DNA of 20,000 nucleotides from Cystobasidiomycetes sp. EMM_F5 (Eukaryota): NCBI GenBank assembly GCA_051047955.1, contig JBPGPT010000023.1, positions 236,205 to 256,204 of the forward strand, read 5' to 3'. Shown piece by piece: positions 10,275 to 20,000 of this stretch (position 1 is its first letter; each line of letters starts with the position of its first letter). The notes under the pieces were generated by a model. It saw only the letters and a program-made list of their open reading frames with translations, ran no database searches and was not told where the DNA came from. The position numbers and the translations under genes were made by a program.

Positions 10275-13200
10275 TTATGCTTTGCCGTTGGTCTTCTTCT
10301 TGTTCTTCGATGTGGGTTTGTCGTTACCCTGGATGAATTTTACCAGTTCGTCTACCTCGAGGTGCCCTCGACTGCCAGTCCTGTCATCCGTAGCGGGCGA
10401 GTTCACACCGTTCGAGGCTTGTGATTTGTCGAGCAAGGCTCTCGATGCTCCCGAAGCCCCGACTCTGGCCATGAGCTCTCTAGCACGCGCAGGATCGCTC
10501 CCAATGCGCTTGGCTAGCTTTTCTACCCTGTCAAGGTCACTTCGCTCACGTTGTAAGGCAGCTTGCTTGACAGCAGATAAAAGGTTGCCAGCCTCTCTAG
10601 TACTTTCACTGTCTGCACCCATGCGACTCTCGTAGACTCGAAGAGCTTCCGCCAAGTATGGCTCGGACTCGGCAAGCTCGCCGCTCATGATGTAACATTG
10701 CGCAAGCTGGTATGCCGAGTTTGCGGTTATCAAGGAGTTTGGCCCGTATGCAGAGTTGGCGAGACTTTGCGCTGCACGATAATACGGAACGGCTGCACTA
10801 TATGGATGTATCCTGCTTTGCTTGATTATCGTAGCGGCCAAATACTAAGTTGACAAGATGTTAGATAGTCGGCAAGTAGCAGATATGTCACATAATCCTA
10901 CCGCAGATTTAGCCTTCTCGGGGTGATTGGGTCCGTACAAGGCTGCGCTGATTGCGACTACCTGTGGCAGCAACTTCATCGCAGCATCAATGTTCCCGAC
11001 CGCGTGTTCATTGATGGCCAAGTCAGTGTAGCAGTGCAGCGTTTCCACGCTATCGAGACCATGCACGCGTTCGGAGACGATGACAGCCTGCCTGAGAAAG
11101 CGCACAGCCTGCTGCACGTAAGCCTCATGCTGCGCTCGTGCTTGCTCAAGACTTTCGTCGTCGGCGTATCCGCTGTCCATTCGCGCTCGCTTGCGATCTT
11201 CCTCCTTTGGCAGGTTTGACGCAACTTCGGTCGTCTGGATCCGGCGTTGGAGCGACTGCGCCAACCGACTGTACAAGGACGCAATAGTGCGCCAGGCCTC
11301 CACCAGCTCGGGATGGGCGACGCTGTAAATCTGCTCGTACAATGTCATGGCTTCTGTGACGAACGCCTCGCCGTGCTCGATTGCACCGCGCAGATAGTAC
11401 ATCTTGCCTTGCTCAAACATCTCCTCTGCCAATGAGCTCTACAGACCAGGCGGTTGGTCAGCGTGAAATGAAGACCGACGTAAAAGAATAATCACCTTGA
11501 AGGGCGCTTTCTTGACCACGCCATACACGTTAATAATGTCTTCGGCGCAGATGCCATTCGCCTCCACAGTCGCCGGAATTGCAGATGTCACTGGTACTTT
11601 ACCCTTTTTCGAGCTGCCGTTAAGATGCGGCGCGTTAGTACCGGATGCCGCCGCGCCATTCGCAGTGACAACGGATGGCTTAGAATTTAAGTTGTACTTC
11701 CGAAGCGACATTTGCACGCCAGTCGAGATACACAGCTCCCGTATGAGCTGAGCGCGAGCAAAGTCGTCACCCTCGAAATAGGATGATGTGACCGAGTAGC
11801 GGTATCGTTTGCGAATTTCGCACAGCACTTCCGCGCGAAGGCCGCTCGTTGTCGTGTTTCTCCAAGCATTCGAAGAAGACGAAGAAGGGTCGACACCTCC
11901 GTCGATTTGATTCGCCTTTAGACCAAGCAAGCCGTTGAACAGGTGAGCAATAGCCTCGGACAGCTCGTACGGCTGCAAGCCAGCAATATAGCGCCTGATG
12001 ACGTGTTTACTACCTCTTGTTACCATATCACGTATCAGTGTATTCTAGAGTGTTGAAATCGTTTTATTAGCCAAATTCGATACAACGCACACCAAATCAC
12101 GCACTCGGAATTTGCTAAGAAGTGATGCGATGTCTTCTTCAGCAGCTTCGGATAGTTTCTGGCCTTCGGGAAGAATGGAGGAGGAGTGGCACTGCTCTGC
12201 AAGAAGACCGAGATATCGGATGTTAATTCCCTTTTTGTGAAGTAGTTGTGAAAGATGTGAGCTGTCTAGCGGGAGTAGCTCGTCTGTTATGACGTCGCGG
12301 ATGAAGGATGGAAGTATAGTGTCGCGAAGGAAATCGGAGGCTGCTCGCACATTCTTCGTCGTGCGTTCCTCCTCGTCAGGCTTGGCGAGGGATGCTGAGT
12401 GCTTCGGCCTGTCTGGCCTGTCCGCGAAAGCATCGGGATTGAATGTGAAATCGAAGTCACCGACATCGATAACAGTCTGTTTATGTTCCGGTGTCTTTGC
12501 ATCCTCTTCGACGGCTGATTGCCCGGTTTCTTCTCCGTCCTTATCGACCTTGACGAACTCTTCAGAGGTCGCACTTTCAGGCTGTTCAGTCGAATTATTG
12601 GCCGCATCGTCTCCGTTCGTCAGAGCGGAACCTTCAGCAACCTTGGACGTAGTCTCTGACGGTGACGCAGTTTGAAGCGCTACTTGCTCTTCAATCCACT
12701 CTCGTGTTTTTCTTGCGTGAAAAGTCTCGATAAGCTCGGGACGGAGCAGTGTAACGCGATGCGGGTACTCGTCTTTCTGCGGAGTGCTGTCCAACGGAGG
12801 TTCTTGGCTGTCTCCGTAAATCTTGCCAGTATAATCTCGCTCGATGAAATTCACATCGACAGGGAAGAAGCGATCTACACCATTCAAAATCATTCAGTAG
12901 CAAAGTACGCCGTGCATGGCCGCGCCAGACTTACAAAGCTCGATAACGTAAGACCGGCCATCAGCTGCGATGACGCCGTGCATTTCTGACGGTGTCCATA
13001 ACTCGCTCGAACGCCCTTTTGTATCTGTTACTGTATGCTTGGCGAGGTGGAAGGTGCGGGCTATCTTCTCTGCAAGTGGGGCAAAGCGTTCTTCACACAC
13101 GTAGCCTTCGTGGGGTTTATCTGTATTCTCGGGCCCGTATACAGACCGTAGGGGCATGATGGGCGGAAGGTCAGGTTGTATAGTGCCAGGAGTAGCTTTT

Positions 13201-15341
13201 CCTTTCCGATCATTTACGACATCGCCATGCATCTGATCGAGGTCCTCAACTTGCTCATTTGTCGCATCTGCAGTCTCCTTAGTCTCTTCTGGAGTCCTGT
13301 TGAAGATACCGGGAGGAATGGCCTGCGCAATCCATCTGTCGCCACAATAATCTACTACGGCAGTCGGAATGGTATTGATGCCAAGGAGGTCGGCATCCTG
13401 CAGGAGCTTTGCTGCCCACAGGTCCTTTGACGCTGTCACGCGAGCAGCCTCGTGCCCGCCTAAATGCGTGAATGCGTCTAGCGAATCCTGGGCAAGGGTA
13501 AAAAGGATGTTGTTGACGAGGTATGATTTGCCTTCTCCTGCTTCGGCAGTGTTTAGACATGGAGCATCGCCTTTGGCGATGGCAGCTACGCCTCTGGCAG
13601 CAGCAGCGTTGAAGTCGGCATACACACGCACAGCATAGCGATCACGAATCATTCTTTCGTCTTGCGTTTTGCTGGCGAGCTCTCGCATCGAAGTGAGCTC
13701 TTCATTCCAATCCCTAGCGACAGGGAGGGAGTCTGCTGTCGTTGATCCGGTATGCAGGAATGCTGACTGTGAGCGGAGCGGATCCGCCGATGGTTCTGGT
13801 GGAATAGCCAACCAAGGAACCGCGGGCAGACAATTGGAAATACTGCTCGACGCGAGCGCATCGGGCAGAGGTAGCGGCGACTTATTGAGCATAGAAGCAG
13901 CCCGGCTGGAGAATTGCGGAGACAGCAAAGCTAGTAGTTGATATAATGAGTGATGGACCTGGTTTTTGGCATTTGACGGTGAGGAGGCGGATGTGTTGGC
14001 AGAGCTTAGTTGACGAGGAGAAGGATCAAAGTGTACATTGTCAGACTTGCTGACGTAAAACCCGTTATGTGCAGCTGTAAGGTGGTAGGTCTCGCCTTCC
14101 AGTGTTGTGAGACTGAGGTATAAGTGGTGACCTTGAAGACGATAGTGCGGTGCAGGAGGGTTCCAGATCGAAAGCTGCAGGCTCTTGTATAACGGGGGTG
14201 GTAATGCAGAAGACGGCAGCAAGTCCTTGCGAGCTAAGTGAAGATCGAATGGTGTTTGATCGCTGGATAACCAGCGAGTCGAATGCGCAGGACTTTCCTT
14301 TTTGCTGGCCGGCGGCGTCGGAGTGGCGGTCGGATGTGGTGGAACAGCGGTGGACGATGCTTTCCCTTTCCCTTTGCCCTTTTTCGATGCCTTTGGTACA
14401 TCCTCGGCATGACCATTCGCCTGCACATCAGGGTGCCCGTTTGGCTGGGTAGTTGTTTCTGGCGAATCTGCCGTTGTGCCGCGGACGGCAGTGTATAATG
14501 TGATTCCTGTGTCTAGACCGATAGAATTTGGGTCATATGGCGGAGGCTGATACAAGTGACGACTCTGCAAAGGAATTGCAGAAGTCGATGCCATATCTCG
14601 CAGGCGCAGAACATGACTCCGACTTTCGGCTTCGGTGTAAGGGACTGTCGTTATATACTCCGTCAGCAAAATTCTTGCGAGGCTTCTAGGCTCTCTGCTC
14701 ACTAGTAGCGACCTTTAGAGCTCGCCTGAATTGAGGGGACGCGTATTGTTCGCTTGAAAAGACTGCGGCGAGCGTTGCAGTCTCTTCGACAATTTCTGGT
14801 GATTCTTCCTGCAAAGAGATACGCCCACCGAGTGCTTCGGCGACAGCACCCGCATGCTGTGCTTCTGCAGCTTCGTCCTCCTGCTCTTCTTTCAGGACAA
14901 CTCTCTGAAACGAGTGTGCTCCAATCCAGCAGCCTTCTGCGCTCTCCATCACGGCCTGCCGTATGTCGCGAACAAGATCTGCCGGCCCAGCTGGTACGTA
15001 GATCAACACATACTGGTTGATGTCTTGACCATTGCCACTGCCATTGCTTTTCGTATTCGATGTCGCCGGAGCTGAAGCAGAAACTCCCGCAACTCCATTG
15101 GATGCATCGTTACTATGTGCACCGAATGGAAGCTTGGGGACGAGAATGGTCAGATCGAATGGAGCGTTGGCTGCGACTTCGGCTATTACCACGTCCAAAA
15201 AAGCACTCGGCATCAGTCGACCCTCAATGTATACGCACAAATTTCAGACTGCCCACCATGTTCATCGTGCTCTGCGCTGTCTACTTGGCCATTCGTGGTG
15301 ACTTGCTGCTCGTTTGCAGTCGCACCAGCATCATTGACCAT
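10275..15341 (-). CDS. CLU1: Clustered mitochondria protein Clu1/TIF31 (CLUH ortholog), ~1566 aa; exons 15341-15257, 15182-14703, 14644-12935, 12874-12105, 12044-11496, 11438-10902, 10844-10275
   Basis: PYTEAESRSHVLRLRD, SLQLSIWNPPAPHYRLQGHHLYL...TLEG, RDWNEE, VVDYCG.RWIAQ.I.PGI, YPHRVTLLRPEL, FNPDAF, LHKKGINIRYLG, C-terminal TPRs (AVIVSERVHGLD) and terminal 'GHLEVDELVKFIQG'. Six GT-AG introns; total 4701 nt is in frame. Confidence 0.95.
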
Positions 15342-15983
15342 AATTTCGATAAAACGACTGCCAGATCCAACTTTGAGCCAGCTTTGTTCCCAATCTTGCG
15401 GTCGTTGGTATCCGCTGACAGGAAAGTCAGGCTTCAAGGATAGATCCTTGTGCGGTTGCAGTCTCAGCGCAGCGTTGTACTGCTTGCAGACAGTATTAAC
15501 ATTTTCACAGCCGGACAGCTCGGAGGAAGCCGCCTCAGGCTGTCCCCGATCGATCCGAGGCGGGCGGAGACGGGCAGCCTGAAAGCGAATATATGCAAGA
15601 CTCGACAGTCAATGACACGCATCTTGTAACGATGGATGAGAGCATTGCATTGAGATTGATGTGAAGAAGTGCAAACAACATACTGCAGCACGGCAAGACT
15701 ATCCAGCACTCGATGTATGCGAAACCGATACTGAACGACTACGACTAAAACGAATGGCAGACCTGCTGCAGGTGCAATCGCAGCAAGTCTGCATGCAAGA
15801 CTGAAAACGATGTTGCAGGGGTGTGAGGGTGCTGATAGATTGCCAAAAGAACGAAGCCAGTCCTGGAAGAAGAGCGACAACTTCTGATGGTTGAAGTGCG
15901 GATCAGCATGCGAATGTTGCGCATGCGTGTATGTCTTGCGGCGAAAGAAGTGCAATGCCGTCTGCTTGAAGTGATTATCAATG

Positions 15984-16019
15984 TGAATCGCTGCATGGAC
16001 TGAAACATGCAGCGTTTCA
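15984..16019. other. Inverted repeat/hairpin in the phosphatase 3' UTR
   Basis: TGAATCGCTGCATG-gactgaaa-CATGCAGCGTTTCA forms a 14-bp stem with one mismatch and an 8-nt loop. Confidence 0.55.
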
Positions 16020-16041
16020 TGAAGTCAAAGGAGTTGTAGTC

Positions 16042-18617
16042 TCATGGTACCGTCCGTCCCGGCTGAACGACCCTCGCTGTTGTAGCTAGCCATTCGACGT
16101 ATTGAAGGATGAAGTGAACTTGCTGAGGCGTCTCTATTGCCTTTAAGGATCTTCTCCTCCTTAGAACTGCAATGACCTTTTCCACAACCTGCATATAATG
16201 CATCTCATCTTGGCCCTCATCTTTTGCTCTGGTCGTGGAGGGCGAGACGGAGCCGACCAAGCCGAGTTTGATCATCCATCCGCATGAGAAAAGGCCGGCT
16301 CGTCCTACCCCGCCACGACAGTGTACGAGTACATCGTGGCCTTTCAGAGTGTACTTTTCGCACACGTAAGTGAGGTGCTCGTCCAGTACTTCCGGGGATG
16401 GCGGAGCAAATCCTTCTGCCATTGGAATGCTGTACGTGCACATGTTTAAAGTTGATCAGCATCGATGCGTGGCAATATGCAAATGTACAGTATCGCTCAC
16501 CGGATGACCTCTAAGCCCAACTCGTGTGCTACCCTACTATACTCCACCCATGGGGCTCCCAAGAATGCAAGTTCGTCGTCATCGATACAGCATACCACTG
16601 CTCTGACGCCACTGTGCTGGATCGCCTTTTCGAAATCCAGCTTGACATCTCTGCATATCGGGCTCCTGTTGGATGACATCGATGTGGCTTGCATGTACGC
16701 ACTACCGCCATTCCGCGGATCGGATTCGATACCACCTGGATAGCAGGACGGGTGTATGCCCATTGCTTCGAGGTGGTGCCTACCGACTCGAACCTTTTTG
16801 CCGGGACAAGAAGACAATACCAAGTTTCCCAGCTTGACCACTTGCCGCCCGTCGTCGTCGTCGTCGTCGTCATACCTTCCATTCGCAGCGTAATGTTGTG
16901 ATAGAGGGAGAACGAGGTCAAACAACGTCTTGCTCGCATCAGGTCCGGTAAGAGTGTACAAATCCGCCACGCTCTTATATACGTAAGGTACTTTGTTCCC
17001 CTCGAATCCAGCTGCGGTAGCGAGTTGGCTCAACCGCGTCATATTGCCTGTCTCGGAGGAAGGGAGTAATACATCTTCGTACGCATCATCCTCTGGCACG
17101 ACATTGATGCGTCGGGACTTGCCCAATGGAGAACGTGCACGTTTCGGAGATGACGCAGGCGGGATAGTCTGCTCGGTCTCCTTGTCCTTTTCCATGACTG
17201 CACGCCGAGTAGCGTGTGTGTTTTCGTCTCCAAATATGCGGTGTGCAATGTGAGCGTCGACGGGTGTGTCGCTGAATGTAAAAGTGCGTTGTGCATCGAC
17301 ATGCGTGTCGCTCATCGCCAAGCGGCGTTGTGCATCGACATACGTGTCATTCCATGCAAGGCTACGCTGTACTTGCCTGCCGATAATGAGCTCGCCATAG
17401 ATGGGCAACAGTTCATCGGGTACGAGGGGCGATACGTTGAGAGGATGAGTGAGAGACGTCTTTACGTTTGCCAGTATTGTTGCGTTGTGCGTTGCGGGAC
17501 GCACAGACCCGACCAAGGAGGGCGGGGAGGATGATGATGAAGAGGGGACGGAGGACATCGACATCCCTCTACTCCATTGCGTGGACGATGAAGAGGTTGC
17601 AACAGAAGATATCGACACTCCTCTTTCCCATTGCGTAGACGATGAAGAGGTTGGAACAGAAGACATCGACACTCCTCTACTCCATTTCGTGGATGACGAA
17701 GAGGACTGAACAGACGACGTGCATACTCCAGACTGACCAGACGACATGGCCACTCCGGACTGACCAGACGACATGGCCACTCCAGACTGAACAGACGACA
17801 TGGCCACTCCAGACTGAACAGACGACATCGACACTCCCCCACTCCACAACTGCGGTCGACTGTGCAGAGTACTCGACGTCGCCTCGTTCCTCGTCATCGC
17901 CTCGTTTCTCGTCATCACCTCGTTCCTCGTCGATACGCTCTTGCTACTCCTTGCCGACGTTGACGCCGACCTCGCTTGCAGGACATTGGCATTCGATACA
18001 TTGCCACCCCTCCTGTCGTGCGTGTACGCTACCCTCAACAGTCTGCTCGATAGATGTACGTCGTTGTGTACGTCTCTGCTCGTCTTGTCGAGTGTGGGAG
18101 AGAGGGAGGGGGAGAGGGGGAATGGCGTTGGGAGAGGGAGAGGGAGGGAGGGAGGGAGCGAGGGAGAGGAAGAGTAGGTGAGAGAATGGGAAGGGGAAAG
18201 AGAGAGGGAGGGAGAGTGAGAGAGAGCCTGAGGAGGGGAATGAGATTGATGAGGAGACTGAGAGAGAGACTGACGAGGAGACTGAGAGAGAGACTGAGGC
18301 TTGTAGCACTGCGAATAATAATGCGACTGTCGCTCTCGGTCATCCTTCCCCTCGTAAAACTCCGACTCGACGCTGCGTGCACTGCTCCTCGCCGACGTGG
18401 ACGTGCTCATCGATGTTGACGGTGATAGTGACGGGGCATTGAATGCTCCATCGAGTGCTGGCTGCGGCTGCCCACTCCGCTTCCCGAGATTGTAGTCAGA
18501 CAGGCTGTGGTTAGGTATTAGTCAGCGTGCCCTTCTCTCTCTCCAACCACTATGCACCCACTAGTGCTGCGACGACAGCCTGCACAGCGCCTGGTGCACC
18601 GAGGGGGAGGGGGGCAT
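16042..18617 (-). CDS. Cys-based dual-specificity/tyrosine phosphatase (CDKN3/KAP-like), ~815 aa; exons 18617-18562, 18504-16501, 16429-16042
   Basis: P-loop VLVHCRGGVGRAG (CX5R), LGNLVLSSCPGKKVR, CRDVKLDF, CCIDDDELAFLGAPW.EY, IPMAEGFAP and RRRRSLKAIETPQQ. Exon 1 splices in frame (ALCRLSSQHY|LSDYN) through a GTGGGT...GCTGAC...CACAG intron. Confidence 0.88.
17250..17348 (-). repeat. Coding tandem repeat, 39-nt period, ~2.5 copies (DTxVDAQRxxxxS)
   Basis: Protein reads DTYVDAQRRLAMS-DTHVDAQRTFTFS-DTPVDAH. Confidence 0.75.
17533..17838 (-). repeat. Coding minisatellite: three 54-nt units (17533-17694) next to five 27-nt units (17704-17838)
   Basis: The 27-mer GACTGA(A/C)CAGACGACATGGCCACTCCA encodes GVAMSSVQS. 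The 54-mer encodes SSSSTQWxRGVSxSSVxT. Both share the core GVSMSSV. Confidence 0.9.
17875..17935 (-). repeat. Coding tandem repeat, 18-nt period, 3 copies (TRNEAM)
   Basis: GTCATCGCCTCGTTTCTC-like units; protein reads TRNEVM-TRNEAM-TRNEAT. Confidence 0.8.
18095..18298. repeat. GA-rich low-complexity tract within the phosphatase CDS (encodes S/L/P/Q-rich SLSQSP repeats on the minus strand)
   Basis: The plus strand is strongly purine-rich (gagagagggagggagag...) with repeated gaggagactgagagagagactga units. Confidence 0.85.
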
Positions 18618-19100
18618 AGTTGGATTGGGTGTTACATCAGAGTGGGCGGGATGACTAATGCAGAGTGCAGACTGAGACTGAGACTGAAGGAGACGGAGGT
18701 TGATGGAGGTGTTGATTGTTGATTGTCGACGGTGCAGAGTTTGGATGGTCCAATAAGGGTGATCGACGTCGGCGTCAAGGGGATGCAGTTGAAGAGCAAG
18801 CGTGTCAATATTCATCAACTAGTGTGTCCTAATGCAATACTTGTAATGCACATTAGTAGCCATCCCACTCCAATTACAACCAGTCTAATCCCATTTACTC
18901 GTACTCGAAATGTTACCATCCTCGGTCGCGTCCTCGCCCCTTGTACGCGCACCCGCCCTCTGAATTTATCAAGTGATCAGGGTCGAGTATCCGACACTGC
19001 ATTGCTCGACACAACGCTGCACACATACTGCACACATACTGCACTCTGCCTGCATGGTCTGACTCGGAATATACAATACTCACCCACACTCATTAACAAC

Positions 19101-19124
19101 GACGACGACGACGACGACGACGAC
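19101..19124 (+). repeat. (GAC)8 microsatellite upstream of chitin synthase
   Basis: gacgacgacgacgacgacgacgac, preceded by aacaac. Confidence 0.9.
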
Positions 19125-19193
19125 CCTCGCATGCCTGGAGCAGCGACGAGCCAACACCCGACACCCTCTTACAGCACCCTCTGACACACCACC

Positions 19194-19722
19194 ATGGCAT
19201 CCCATACTCGCCGCCCGACAGTCGGGTTTGCCGGGTACAGCTCGAGCGTCAATCACTCAAACACACCCCTGCCCAGCAGGTCTCCCCAGCTCGGTCGAAC
19301 CCTGTCTCGCGCAAAGACGCTCACTCGTCCAGACAGGTTTGTGCAGCCTGCTCCGCTTCTCAACCCCCACCTCGCTCCGTCATCCGGTGCAGGTGCCAGT
19401 CACAGCAGTACTCGGCCTGGACAACCCATCCCATCTCACCTCCTCCACCTCCCGGGCAACTCGCCAGCGACGACGTGGTGGAGACCGTGGTCATTCTACA
19501 TTTACGCAGTCACGATATGGGCTCCGAGTGTAGTACTCGCAGCGTGCGGAATGAAGGAGAGGCCAAAACAGAGGGCTTGGAGGGAAAAGGTGGCCCTGTG
19601 TAGTGTTGCCCTCGTGTTGAGCGGAGCGGTGGGTTACGTGACTATCGGACTGCAGAGGACCCTGTGTCCGGTCGATGCGACGAATACGCCGGATAACTTT
19701 ATAAGCTTGGGCCAGGAGCAGG
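19194..19722 (+). CDS. Class IV chitin synthase (Chs3-like), first exon; the gene continues beyond the window
   Basis: LSRAKTLTRPDR and W..YIYAVTIWAP.VVL..CGM.....QRAWREKVALC..ALVLSGAVGYVTIGLQRTLCP match the N-terminal TM region of division-2 class IV chitin synthases. Strong start context (cacaccaccATGG). GTGAGT donor at 19723. Confidence 0.85.
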
Positions 19723-20000
19723 GTGAGTCGAGCGACGACAGGCTAGCGGAGCGCAAGACAGGCTAGCAGAGCGAAGCGAAGCGTAGTCTGTCGAGCGGAG
19801 CGTAGTCTGGCGGAGTGTTGGCCAGTCTGGCGAGCGACGTTACTGACAGTCTCATCCTGTGTTTCTCCCTATCCGTCTGTCTCTTTTCCCCTTTCTCTTT
19901 CCTTCTCCCGCTTCCTCCTCCTTCATGTCCCCACTGTAATCTTTGTGTCTTTCAACTTCTTTCCGTACCTCCCATTTCCCTCTTGCTCTTCTCTCTCTAC

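Noticed and set aside
1787..15341. Functional cluster of translation/organelle genes (uL4m, eL43, POX1, RPC37, CLU1)
   Set aside because: Unrelated housekeeping genes; adjacency is expected in a compact fungal genome.
15464..15955. 163-aa minus-strand ORF between the phosphatase and CLU1
   Set aside because: Non-ATG start, no protein-like features and no consistent splice model; most likely UTR or promoter sequence.
15984..16021. SECIS-like reading (AUGA...GA) of the hairpin after a TGA stop
   Set aside because: The non-Watson-Crick quartet is out of register, there is no apical AA, and Dikarya are not known to use selenocysteine.
17704..17838. CRISPR-like regular repeats
   Set aside because: Head-to-tail 27-nt units with no unique spacers, inside a eukaryotic coding exon.
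18723..19130. 153-aa plus-strand ORF with poly-Asp upstream of chitin synthase
   Set aside because: Non-ATG start in a divergent promoter region, and the poly-D comes from the (GAC)8 microsatellite; only the ATG-initiated last 17 codons are kept as a uORF candidate.

Overview
Eukaryotic, gene-dense fungal DNA. Short GT-AG introns of about 55-80 nt with CTRAY-type branch sites and the protein families suggest a basidiomycete, probably a yeast (inference). Manual splicing gives nine protein-coding genes: the 3' part of CDC6/cdc18 (+); mitochondrial uL4m (-) head-to-head with cytosolic eL43/RPL43 (+, 5 exons); an orphan 5-exon secreted 8-cysteine protein not visible as a single ORF (+); peroxisomal acyl-CoA oxidase ending in SKL (-, 13 exons); Pol III subunit RPC37/RPC5 (-); CLU1/TIF31 (-, 7 exons); a CDKN3-like CX5R phosphatase with large in-frame tandem-repeat expansions (-); and the 5' end of a class IV chitin synthase (+). 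No rRNA, tRNA, CRISPR array or mobile element was recognised. The most notable observations are (i) the hidden pre-pro secreted protein with repeated LxxR processing motifs and a possibly KP4/Ecp2-like mature domain, and (ii) two long introns (RPL43 intron 1, chitin synthase intron 1) with a branch motif about 150 nt upstream of the acceptor followed by an AG-free zone. All gene models were read by eye, with no database search.
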